A DNA stretch of 64,000 bases, from NCBI RefSeq assembly GCF_024521635.1, contig NW_026250412.1:744001-808000 (forward strand), in the 5' to 3' direction. Position 1 is the first letter of the stretch, and every line of letters starts with the position of its first letter. A program made the position numbers and the translations under genes. This document shows positions 12,592-24,875 of the stretch, piece by piece. Below the pieces are notes generated by a model. The model did no database searches. It was not told the origin of the DNA and saw only the letters and a list, made by a program, of their open reading frames with translations. Source of the stretch: Tricharina praecox (taxonomy: Eukaryota).

Positions 12592-14137
12592 ATGTCCACT
12601 CCGGCACCACCACCATTTCTTAGGCCAGCACCGATCAACTCTCCGCGAGCTGGCGGCGCACGAGGAGTTCCCCGGCTCGGCCTTGCGATCCCCGGGAGTG
12701 CTCCCGCCGCCCCCGCCAATGGCATGGGTCCGGTCCCCGGACGTCGTGGCCCCCCTCTACTGAAGCTGGCAACCCCGCAGCCGCGGGCACAGGCCGGAGG
12801 AAATGTTCCACAGTCTGCAACTAGCCAGTACTCTGCGTTGAGCTTTGCCATGGGCCTGCGAAACCAAGTGCGCGGATCCCCGAACGATCCGAAGCCTACA
12901 AATGGGAACAGCGCCTTGGACGATCTCGACAATAAGGTGCCAGACGAGAATGTGGACTACGAGAGTATGGATGTCGAGCTGCTGCCCGTTGAGGGCTGGA
13001 AGAAGGCTAGGGAAACCGGCCGTATCATTGAGCTTGGAAGTCTGGGAGAGGGCGCCGGAGGTGCGGTCACGAGGTGTACGCTGAGAGGAGGAAAGACGGT
13101 GTTCGCTTTGAAAGTTTGTTATCGCTCTGCTTTATGGGCATGCTGCAAAGATGCTAATATTCACTCGAGGTCATAACCACAGATCCTACACCGGAAGTGC
13201 GAAAGCAGATCTTCCGCGAGCTCAACTTCAATAGGGAATGTTCGTCACCATATATCTGCAAGTACTACGGAGCATTCACAGATATCACCTCCGGCACAAT
13301 ATCAATTGCGATGGAGTTCTGCGAGGGAGGCTCCCTGGATAGCATCTACCGGGAAGTCAAGAAGCTGGGAGGGCGAACTGGGGAGAAAGTCTTGGGGAAA
13401 TGTGCTGAGGGCGTTTTGGAGGGCCTCACATATCTGAGTGCACGGAAGATTATTCACAGAGGTGGGGATTATTTTGGTCCCGAATATGATAGTTGTGGCT
13501 CTAACGCTTTCGCTTCAGATATCAAGCCGTCGAACATTCTCATTACCCGGGCCGGGCAGGTGAAGCTGTGCGATTTCGGTGTCTCGGGCGAACTCATCGG
13601 CTCCAAGGGCAATGCCGATACGTTCATCGGAACCTCTTACTACATGGCAGTATGTGTACCCCGCTACCGGGAGTGCTGGAACTTTGACCTTACTGACTGG
13701 GGTGTTCCATAGCCGGAACGAATCCAGGGCCTCTCTTACACAATCACCTCCGATGTTTGGTCACTGGGTGTTACTCTGCTGGAGGTGGCACAGCACCGAT
13801 TCCCCTTCGGTCAGACGGAAGAGGGCAGCGGACATGCACGGGCTGGCCTGATCGATCTTCTCACCTACATCGTCCGACAGCCGATTCCCGAACTCAAGGA
13901 TGAGCCGGAGCTTGGGATCAAGTGGAGTGATGGCTTCAAGTACTTCATCTCGTGCTGGTGAGTTTCCATGTCACTTATTTGGTCCCGATCATATATTGAC
14001 ACCCACATAGCCTCGAGAAGGATACCGCACGACGAGCAAGTCCTTGGAGGATGTTGGACCACCCATGGATAATGGAAATGAAGCACAAGAAGGTCAACAT
14101 GGCGAATTTCCTCGCACAAGTGTGGGACTGGAAATGA
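12592..14137 (+). CDS. MKK1: MAP kinase kinase of the cell-wall-integrity pathway (Mkk1/Mkk2/Pek1)
   Basis: Exons 12592-13113, 13170-13461, 13519-13649, 13713-13957, 14011-14137. Motifs [43 protein letters not shown]-terminus [13 protein letters not shown]. Confidence 0.95.
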
Positions 14138-16811
14138 GATCCCTGACTCGCCCCCTCCCTTCATCCTGACTACGACGTATACGAAACGGATCTATTGTTG
14201 GGGCACTGCTGCTTTTGGTTTTCTGTTTCTGTTTCTTTTTTCCGCATGAATTTTGGATATCTTGGGTCGTATGGGGTTTTTTTTACTTCTCCTTCTTTAT
14301 CGTGACAGCTTGCTCTACCTCCCTTGTCATCCCTTTTTTCTTCTCTTTTCTTTTTGTTATCGCGTCTGAGTGATATCACAGCACTGTGGGTGTTTTTTTT
14401 CTACCTTCGATCCTTTTTTTGTGTGTGTTTTGTTGTTTTTGGCGGGATACAATTGCGGGGAGGGGAGGTGAGTTGTCTGTCAAGTCATACCAAACATCTT
14501 TTTTGTCATGTTATCTGCTATCTCGTCTTATATATCATCTTTGCTTTGCTTTTGCTTTTGCTTTGTTTGTGTCTTTTTTGGGGGGAGTGTGTAGTGGGAT
14601 GTAGGTAAAATATGATGGGATGTCGGGAGAGTACGACGGCGAATGGCAATGGCAGTGGCAATGGCAATGGATGATGCTCGGTTTTTGTATTGAGTCTTGA
14701 GTCTTGAATTTGTGACGGATGGTGATGATGACGACGATGATGATGATGGGTAGTTCGGTAGAATACCTGAGTAAGATGGGGGTTGAGGTAACTAGGAATA
14801 ATGGGATAGCTTTAACCTCCTATATTCTTCCTGTGATCTGGCTTCTGTGATATGCCTGCTGTGGTCTTGTGGTTATGGCAGTGGGAACAGGTGCGGTCAT
14901 AAGTGGGTAGTATTGTAGGTATTCTACTTCATGGGGTAGCACTCTGTTTAGGGATTTTGATAAACATTTTGACTCTTGAGCTAGTGATCTAGTACTTTGG
15001 TCGACTTACGGGAGGCTTATGATACGGATGGCCTGGGTATGGTACATATAGTTTATGCCTGCGTCAGCGGAGCTCCGGTCTCTGCTATATACTCTAGTTA
15101 CTGCCAGTTCCGTGCGAGAGTGGAGGAGTGCGGAGAGTGCGGGGAGTGGCGGAGAGCGGGGAGTGGTGGACTGCGGGGAGTGCGGGAGTGGTGGCTAATG
15201 ATTTCCGCAAGCATATCAAGTTACACACAGGAACCTTCAGGCTTCGGTTGCGGACAGGACATCTTAGACAACTTGGACGGGGCATATACCGCGTGGCGCT
15301 GACACTGGCACCGGCGCTGCGTGGGGGCGGTGCTGCGGGGAGGGAGGGGGGGGCTTTGGGCTTTACGCCGAGAAGGTCCCGCTATGTAGACAGCCTATGT
15401 AGCCAGCCTACAGTTTACATACATAAAGGTGCCGCCGTGCCTTGCCGGGCGAGCGGCTGGGCGGCTGGGCGGGCAGTGAGCAGTAGGCAGTGGCAGTGGG
15501 CAGTGGCAGTGGGCGGTGAGTACTGGGTGGGCAGAAAAGGCCCGGGAGGCTGTGCATACCGTAGGTTCCGCATCGGCGTCCAATTCGGGACTGTGGTGGA
15601 TTACTCTTGACCGGAGGGACCGAGAACCGTATGGTGCTCCATACCGTTCCCCATTGGGAACTGCAACGATTCGCCGGTAGGTACTCTATGCATACCGTCG
15701 GTACGCCGCTGCATACTCCAGCACTCGCCACTCTACACTCTCCACTCCCATGCGTGCGTGCGTGGGGGAGGGGGGATCACAGACCGATATCACAGGCCGA
15801 TAGTTGTCGGTACATATCATAGATACATATCATTCATATCCATGTGCAGATCACCGACCGCAACTGCCCGCTGGTACTTTGCTCTTCCCTCTTCTTCTTC
15901 TTCCTCCATAGATGATAGGTATCACCTCATTCCGCACCTCCATCCCACCACTAACTATGGAATCCGGAATCTCCGCCCAGCTCCCGGAGGCTGGAGGTTT
16001 TCGGGTGACGTACAAACACAACAAGCCAAACCCATGGAAGTGTGTGGTTGAAGGTTCTAGAATGGTATGTAGACAGTCTTGGAGCCTGAGAAATACCACA
16101 CGTTATTCGCCGATGTCGATGACGGAAGGAACTAGGTAGGCACATAGGTACCTATAGCTCAGCCGTATGACGTGTTCCGAGCACAGGAGGAGAGGCGGGC
16201 GGTGAGGGAGGAAAGCTTGGTATGTAGATAGTTACACACGGTTCTGCGGTGGGATGTCGGAACACGAGGGATGGATGGATGGGCTGATTGTAGATATGGT
16301 AGATATGTAAGATATGGAAGTTGTCAGCGGCGCGATTATGCCCTACTTACATACCTTCTACATGATATGATATGATAGGTATGTCCACCGAGTCCATCGT
16401 TCCGAAGTTGCAGCTCAGCAGCTGCTGGTGAGCACTGAGCAGGTGTCATACCTACCCACCAGGTATGTATCAATGCTTGGAACTCCTGGAACTCCTGGAA
16501 CTCCTGGAACCGGCCCGCCCGCGACGGGGAATGCCTGCGGGCCTTGTATTTATGTAACTACTAGTAGGGAGAGGAGCGGGCGGGCGGGCGGGGCGGGCGG
16601 GGCGGGCCCGTTCCCAGTCCAGTCTTGATTCTTGGTATGTATGGGGGAGGGAGCCTGTCCGTATGTGCATAACCCAAGCTGGGCCCAGGAGTTCCGCAGC
16701 TTCGGCGGGCATCAGCCCAATCTGTCTGGACAAAAACGGTCAGAGAGCTCCTGCTTCGGTCGGTCGTTCGTTTGCCACAATAATCAATCAAACAGAACAG
16801 AACAGACGCTC

Positions 16812-16886
16812 GACAGCCAGCCAGCCAGCCAGCCAACCCAGCGTAACCCCAACATCCTCGACTGGCTGGCTGGCTGGCTGGCTGTC
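16812..16886. repeat. 24-bp perfect inverted repeat built from (AGCC)n/(GGCT)n, 27-nt spacer
   Basis: 16812-16835 GAC(AGCC)5A is the exact reverse complement of 16863-16886 T(GGCT)5GTC. Confidence 0.9.
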
Positions 16887-17922
16887 TGGCTGTCTGGCTG
16901 GCTGTCTGGCTGTCACCATACCCCATACCATACCATATGTACCATATCTCCCATACCACCCAGACCAGCCCGTCATGCTATGCCAGACGGCAACCAAGCC
17001 TTTCGTATATTAACCTCTCTCTCTCTAGGTCTCTAGGCGTAACTAGGTAGTCTCGTAGTCTCGTATGTAGTCCAGCACCTCCCTCGCACCTGAGCAGTCG
17101 ATTCCTTGGGGGGACACGCGTCTGCAGTCTGGGCGCTTGGTTGGGTTGGGGGAGGGAGGGAGGCGGAGGACAGGAAGAGCAAGCAAGCTGCAATCTCTGA
17201 TTAGTGAGAGCCTGAGAGGAAAGCAGGCAGTAACTAGTGGGTATAACGTAGTAGGTATAACGTAGTAGGGAGTAGGGGGAAATACGCCTTGAGGATTTTT
17301 TGATTTTTTGGCGTCCGGGCAACGGTTACATACTTTCTTGGCTTTGGCTTTGGCTTTGGCTTTGGGGACGGGGAGGGAGGGGGGGATGGGGATGGGGATG
17401 GGGGGGGAGGCCCGGTTTCAGTCATGTCTCCTCTAGATAGATAGAGTGGGGAGCGGTGTCGGTGCTGGTGTTGGTGGAAGTGGTCGGCTGCACAGCCCCC
17501 AATTATACACATGGCCGTTGCCGTGATGGTTACAAGTTACAGTAGTACATATATGCGTTGAAGCTTTTTGGAAAAAAAGGGCGTGCGTGGGGTTAGAGTA
17601 GAGTCTATAGAGTATCTAGAGTACCTACTGTGCCCCGGAGGAGCTAGATACATGTGCGGGACTGACTTGAGATGGGGATTGAGCCGTTCCGCAGGTCTGG
17701 GCCGATCTGTGTACCTCACAGGGCGGGCACGAGGGGAGGTGGGGGGTGGGGAGTGGGCAGGGAGGGGGGTTCGCGGCGGGAAGGAAGGAAGGAAGGGAAG
17801 AGGCTGAAGAGAAGCTTCATCTATCGACCGCATCGGCTCAGCCATCTTTTCAAGCAGTTTGCCTTTGGGTTTGAGGGAGGGGGGAGGTGGGGAGGAAACG
17901 AACGGGACAGGCAGGAACCCAG

Positions 17923-18066
17923 CTTGGCCGGCTTGGCCGCAATAGATAATCTGATTGCACATGAGGGGGGTCCGGAAACAAGTGTGATTGGCCACCGCGG
18001 CTTGGCGACAATGAACATGGCTCGGCGTGGCTGGGCAAAGCTGGGCAAGGCATGGCGTGGCTTGGC
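17923..18066 (-). promoter_or_regulatory. Cluster of PacC binding sites (GCCAAG) upstream of pacC
   Basis: CTTGGC (=GCCAAG on minus) at 17923, 17932, 18001 and 18061, plus 17337, interspersed with near-matches (CTCGGC, CATGGC). PacC consensus is GCCARG. Confidence 0.7.
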
Positions 18067-19657
18067 TTTGGCTGGGCGTCACTTACTCCTCACGAATCGT
18101 TTGATTTCGGGGGGGAATTGAGGGTGTGGTGTTGCTCTGGCTCTCTTTCGGAGTGGGAATGGGAGTGTGTCCTCTCGCCGCGGTGTGTTGGATTTTGGTG
18201 GTGGTGGTTGGTGATGTGTGCGTAGGTATAGTACATACCCGCATCGTGTAGATACATAGCTCTGGGATCATACGGACTGCGGAAGTATGTAGCTGTTTCG
18301 ATTCGACAGGAGATGGTAGATGTATCCAAGACGTTGCGGGTCCTCGAACACCTGTGAGCTCGCTCGAGATTGCGGTCTTTTCCGCTTCAGTGGTTGCTCG
18401 CCATTGCGCCTTGTCATCATCGGCATCATCAGCATCGTCATTATCTTCACTTTCGACACCGACATTCAACTCCCCGCTACACAACCCAAAACTCGCCCGC
18501 TTTCGACCACAGCCCGCCAGCCATCCAGCCATCTTCCAGGGAACGCACATGTAAGGAAGTAGGTCCTGTATAGCCGCTCCTTCTATATCCATCGCTCTCG
18601 CTCCTCCGAGCCCTCTGCCTCCTTCTTCTCCCTTCACTTCGCTGCCACCACCACCGCTGCACTGCTCGCGCCCCACCCTTCGATCGCGAAGAATCTCCTC
18701 CCCGCAATCGGCTGCCTGTACTCGTACTTGTATTTATACCTGTCTGCCTGCCCCCGGATTACGAAAGACACCTCCGCCGGCCACCGCAAAGTAAACGTCC
18801 TCCCTTGCCGACTTACTCACCCTCCCGCTCGCAAGGCAACTTCCGGCTCCGTATCAGCATCAGCATCAGTTGCAGTACCTGCGCCGTGCCGGTGCAGCTA
18901 CACTTCGAGAAACCCTCGCGACACAACCGCACACTTGCTGCCGTCGTCCCGTCCGCGACGTTCGTTCGCTCAGGTCCATCCAGGTTCGCACACTCGGCAC
19001 CCAGATCACCTGTTCTCCCTTCGTCGTTCGCCGCCTTTTGCCCCACAGGTCGCTGAGTAGTGGTGTCGAATTGTCTCTACCTTCCGGTAGCACCTCCACA
19101 TTACTACATAGCATCATCCTTCCCCCGTCCCTGTGATCTTTCCGCCTTCTCGCCTCTCGCCTCTCGCCTCCTCTTCCTCTCTCTCCCATCGCTCCGTCGC
19201 CGCCTTCCGTCTCCGCCGAAAACTAAACCTCCCCCTCCATCCCAACTCCCACTCACACCCTCACTCCCACACCACCAACTACCACCAACCACCATCCACT
19301 ACCACCACTACCACCACCACGCCCCTCCCGTTGTTCGCGGATAACCCCAACATCTGATACCTCCTGATATTAGTTCGCGCACACTTGTCTGTCCGCCGGT
19401 TAACATCTCGCGACAACACACTTTCTTTCCAACCCTCCCCCTCCAAAAACCCCACCCCCCCTCCACTACCGGAGGAATCAACACCCCACTTTAAAAGTAT
19501 TCCCGACACTACCGCCACCATAGAGTCCGTAACTTCCGCCCTGGACACGTTCATTGCGAACACCGTCCAGCAGAACTCATCTCCCTCGAACCCCGCAACC
19601 GGCTCCCCCGTCTCGGGTCCGTCGGCCACTGCACAGCTACAAACCGCCGTGGCGAAC

Positions 19658-22023
19658 ATGACCCTCCCGGAGAGTCCCGCGTCGCAGCATCAACAGGCGC
19701 AGGTCCCTACACACCAGGCTCCCGCGGTCGCGTCACCATCGTCGGCTCCGTCGGGTGGTTCGAAAAGCGACGAAAATTTGACATGCCAGTGGACGAATTG
19801 CAGCGAAAAGTTCGACACCGCGGAGGATCTATACGTAAGTGGTTCTTGTTCTTTCTTCTGTTGTTTTCGAGGAAGCTTGGCGAGGCGACGTTGGAAAAGA
19901 AAGAAAGAAGGGATTGGATCATTCGATGGGAAAATGAGGATGAGCGATAGAGAAGGCTCGGCGCTGCCTTTTCTACAGATACCAAGCCTTTGACTCTCTC
20001 TCTCTCTGCCTTTGCTTGAGCGCTCTCGGCTGACGATATTTATTTTGCGTTCGCGTACAGAACCATCTTTGTGATATCCACGTTGGAAGAAAGAGCACCA
20101 ACAATCTCTGCTTGACTTGTGCGTGGGGCGCATGTAGGACTACCACAGTAAAGCGCGACCACATCACATCGCACATTCGTGTGCATGTACCATTGAAGCC
20201 GCACAAATGCGAGTTTTGTGGGAAGGCGTTTAAGAGGCCTCAAGATCTTAAGAAGCACGTGAAGGTATGGAGTCTGCTCGTCTGATTTTCCTTGGGAAAA
20301 TCCTGTTGTTCCTTCCCTTGCGCTTGCTTCATCTGCGCCCGGAAGTTTTGTTAGTTCTTAGGCTGACCTTCGATTTATCGTCGGCATGTTGAACAGACGC
20401 ACGCGGACGATTCCGTCCTTCTACGCAGTCCCGAGCCCGACGGGACCGGAAGACGTCAATCTGGAGTTACGGTCAGTACTCTCTCACTCTCTCTCCGTCC
20501 CTCTCTCCCTCTCCATCATAATCACCACTATGATGTCACACTCATCCATCACCTATCGCACCCACACGTGCTCATCTTGTCTTCGAAATACTCACATGTC
20601 GCGATAGGGAAACATGCACGGACAGTACGCCACGGGTGTTGGTATGCAACGTAGGCCTCCCACCACCGATTTTGGTATCGGCCCCGGGTGGGAACCGTCT
20701 GCTGACTTCTCCACAGCATTAGCTGCCACTGCTGCACAAGCATACTACGGTATTTTGCACCATGGAATGGCTGGGATTCCCTCTCACGGCGTGCCAGGCC
20801 TTGGAAGCTACTACCCCAACAATGCGCCTCAGAGCAGTGGTGGTGTCTACTACTACCCTCATTCCTCGCAGACTGGCCAGGAAGTCATCGCCCAAGCTGC
20901 ACAGGCGGCCGCCGCTCAAGCACAAGCTGCACAGGCTGCACAGGCTGCCCAACAGCAACATCAACATCACCAGGAACAACAGGGCGCTAAGAAACGGTCA
21001 TTCGACGGAGTGGATCAGTTCTTTGAGGATGCGAAACGTCACAAGATCCAGCCTGTCTACGATGGCGCGATGGCTCAGCGCCTTACGGCTCTGCAGTTTT
21101 CTGCTCCCTCCACCACTGGTGAGGGTATCGACTTCAGTGGTTCTGCCACCGTCACCGCTCCCGCTAGCAATGGAGGTCCTCAGACATACACTCTCCCATC
21201 GTTACGCACCAAGCAAGACCTGATCGATGCGGATCACTTCTTGACACAGCTCTCCGCGAATGTGTACGACAGCTCTGGTCAGCAATTCCAATTCCGCGCC
21301 CAGGCCAGTCAATCGCCACACACGCCGAACGGCCAGGGACCTCAGTCAAATCAACAGCATGACGGAGCTCCCCCGGCGCCTATGGGCCAGCAGAACTCGG
21401 GAACGGCTGCACTGACACCGCCCCAGTCGAACTATACGACTTCGCACTCGCCCGTTAACCAATCGCCGCAGCAAGTCTCCCCCCAGACTTCCACTGCATC
21501 GATGTACCCGAGTTTGCCGACTGCCGTCTCGAGCGGTGAAGTCGGTGGAGGATACTCGGCGCCGGTTTCGTCGGCTCCCGCATCGTCGCTCGGCACCAAT
21601 TTCGAGTCCAATGAGGCTCGTCGTTACCCTGTTGGCGTGTTGCGGAAGGCAAAGGAAGTTGGAATAGAGTTCGAGGACGCGAAGGATGAGCTCAGCGATT
21701 CGATGATTGACCCGTCCCTTGGTGCTCTTGCTGAGGACCAAGCCGAGAAGACTTCGCATTCAGAGATCATCAACAACCTGAGAAGCTACATTAAGGAGTT
21801 ACTGCAGAAGGAGGATGAGCGCGAAAAGCACGGCGACGACGAGTTGCAGATCAAGGCTGAAGCAATGGCTGCTGAGGCAGCCGAGGAGGAGGACCATACG
21901 ATGGGCGACGCCCCGGATGCGGAACAGACTGAGGGCGATAACAAACCGACCGAGGAGCAGACTGAGGAGCAGACGGATGCCCAAGCACTGTACCCCATCC
22001 TCAAGGCTGTTGCCGCCTGTTAG
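19658..22023 (+). CDS. pacC: pH-response C2H2 transcription factor PacC/Rim101
   Basis: Exons 19658-19834, 20061-20264, 20397-20471, 20608-22023, with a probable further in-frame intron 20642-20716. Zinc fingers [69 protein letters not shown]; two YPxL motifs (YPSL, YPIL) of the PalA-binding type. The true start may be the ATA at 19520. Confidence 0.97.
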
Positions 22024-22869
22024 CCCTGGTGGAAAACAAAAAAGCGAGGTGTTACGACGGGAGGTGGCATTTTAGTTCTATTGGGTCTCATTTCTTCCTT
22101 CTTTTCTTTACAAAGCCTGCTCGACCCGCAGGTTTTTTTTTGCTAGAAGTTTACTGCTACTTTTTACTTTGCCATTTTGCTTGCCCGTTCCTTGCTGGGC
22201 TCCACGTGTGCAAGTTCGACTTCCTCCATGTTGTTGCATTGGTTTTCTTTTTTCTTGCTTGTCTGTCTAATTTCCATGACGAATTGGGGAAAGGGTAGGA
22301 GTGAGGGTTTGATTTTTTTTCTTCTTTCTTTTCTTTCAGTTTCCTGTTCACTTTCGGCCGTTTTGGTCTTTTTTGTAGGCACGAAGTATGAGTGAGGGCT
22401 TTGGGGTTGGGTGTGGTGGTGGATGTGGTGGTGGTGATTGGTAGCTCTTTCTCAATTTTTTGTTGCCTTCACGCTTCTTTCTTTTTCCTTTCCCGTTTCT
22501 TACTGGATTCTTGAATACTACAAACTACATTTCGGCACTACATATATTTTTGGGGGGACGGAATTGTTATGTAGTGGAGGTGATGATGATGGAGAGATGT
22601 CGATGACGATGGCGATTCCGAGACAGGAGGATCTGTAGGCAAAAATACGTATATTGAAATTAGTGTCGAACCACACCGCATCAATTGCAGTATGATGTAA
22701 CTGCAAACTGCAACCGCAAACCCAAATGCCTTTCCATTTCAGCTTGTACACACTATCGCCTACCTACCCACCTCCCATCCCATCCATTTAGGCCCATCGC
22801 ACGAAAGTACCGTAAAGCAAAACCAACCAAGCAAGCAATTCAATTCCACACCCACGGTAGCAATAATAT

Positions 22870-24354
22870 CTAACGGTAAAAATCAAACTTTTCGGCCTCA
22901 TTCCCGACCTTGACCTGGGAGCTGTAAGCGTCCTCGAGGTCAGCCTGGATGATATTGTATCGGTTTTTACGGACGGCGCGGAGCCCAGCCTCCTGCATGA
23001 TCGCGGCAATGATGGCGCCCGACAGCGGCTCGTTGCGGATGATCAGACTGTCTAGGTCGACTTCGGGTGACAACGACATCTTGCTGGCGATCGTCGTAAA
23101 GATCAGGCGCCGCTCGCGGCGGTCCCGGAGGTTCGGGAATTCGATCTTGCGGTCTAGACGGCCGGGACGCAGCAGGGCTGGGTCCAAAGTGTCGGCGCGG
23201 TTGGTCGCCATGATTACCTATGGGGGTTAAGGGTGTTAGTGAGTGCGTGCTGGGGGGAGGGGGGAGGTGGGGGACGGGGTACTTTGACGTTGGAGGTCTG
23301 GTCAAAGCCGTCCATCTGGTTCAGCAGCTCGAGGAGGATACGCTGGACCTCGCGATCGGCACCAGTTTGGGCGTCGAAGCGCTTTGTAGCGATAGCGTCG
23401 ATCTCGTCGATGAAGATGATCGCGGGCGAGTTCTCTCTGGCCATGCGGAAGACGTCTCTGACCATGCGCGGGCCTTCGCCGAGGTACTTCTGCACGAACT
23501 CGGAGCCGACCACGCGGATGAACTTGGCGGTTGTGCTGTTCGCGACGGCCTTGACGAGCATGGTCTTGCCGGTGCCTGGGGGCCCGTACAGCAGCACGCC
23601 TCGTGGTGGGTCGATGCCGATTTGCTTGTACAGGTCGAAGTGCGTTAACGGAAGCTCGACCGCTTCGCGGATCTCTTGCTTTTGCATGTCGAGGCCTCCT
23701 ACGTCGGAGTATTTGACGTCGGGCTTCTCGTGGTCACCCAGCATCGCGATCGACGAATCCGCCTCTGGTGGCAGGATGTCGACCAGAGAGTTGGAATGGC
23801 GGTGTAGTGCCACCGACGACGATGGCTTGAGAAGTTCGCGGTCAAGCGTGGAGAGGATGCGGACGAAGTAGTTGGAGCCAGTTGAGCTCTGTACGATTCC
23901 GGTACTGTGGAGATGGAAGAACTTGATGTTAGCATCGTGATCGCTGCGAGCGTGGCAGGACGGACGGATGGGAGCACCAACTTCTGGTCGATCGCCTCCA
24001 TGAACTGCCCAATAACTAATGGCACACTTTGGATCCGTTTTATCTCCTCCTGTGCACGCACAAGCTCCCGTTTCAAACTCCGCTGCTCATCCTTGATGTA
24101 CTCCTCCTGCAGACTTATGTACCTGCATCACCGCCGCCCCCAGCTCGTCAGTTATCGCCTTCACGCAACAGGTAGCATCATCGCTCGAACACGTCCGAAC
24201 TCGGGATGATTTACTCAAGATGCCGCTGCAGCTTCTTGAGCTTTGCGTAGTCGTTGTCATCGCTGTCAAAGCTGTCTATGTCGAGGGCGGAGGAGTAGGT
24301 AGGGTCGGTGAAGGTCAGCGTGGACGGGCGTTTCGCGACGGCTGCGTCAGCCAT
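22870..24354 (-). CDS. RPT3: 26S proteasome regulatory AAA-ATPase subunit 6B
   Basis: Spliced (3 introns). [42 protein letters not shown], Walker [25 protein letters not shown]-terminus FDFYR. Confidence 0.97.
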
Positions 24355-24875
24355 GGTTTATGCTAGTGTTGTTGCTGCTTTCGGTTCAAAGCGGGGTGAT
24401 CGGGATGGAGAGCTTGGTGTATGTGAGATGGAAGTGTCGATGGATGAACGGTGGTTGGGGATGGGGTTGGGTTGATGTGTTGAAGGTGGATGGTGTTTGG
24501 CGGGCAATTAATTGATGGGGGGGAGCAAGCAGTCGTCGATCTTGGCGTTGGTTGCTGGGTGAGGTGATGTGATGGAAGAAGGAAGAAGGTTGGTGGCAAC
24601 GACCAACTTCATCATCATCATCGAGCTTGCTCGACCCATCGCACCACCTCACCACCGCACCACACTCCACACCCCCGCCTCAACAACCGCCGGAGACGGG
24701 ACTGCGGCCTACCTACACACTAAAGTACTTCTCTAACAATACCGATAACAACAGCGATACTCTCAAAGCCACTCAATTCTCCATAACGAATATACACCAC
24801 CCCTCATTGCCAAGTGTAGTCTCCGTTCGCTCGCTCTCCTCGGTCCCACCATCACCCACCACCACCCCCGCAGCC

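Noticed and set aside
15120..15190. Six SYGGRG (CreA-like) sites in ~60 bp
   Set aside because: Part of a GGAGTGC-type simple repeat that also occurs near 58425-58465, far from any start site.
24627..24875. ORF-track N-terminal extension of YTA12
   Set aside because: The ATG at 24876 has good context and begins a typical mitochondrial presequence.
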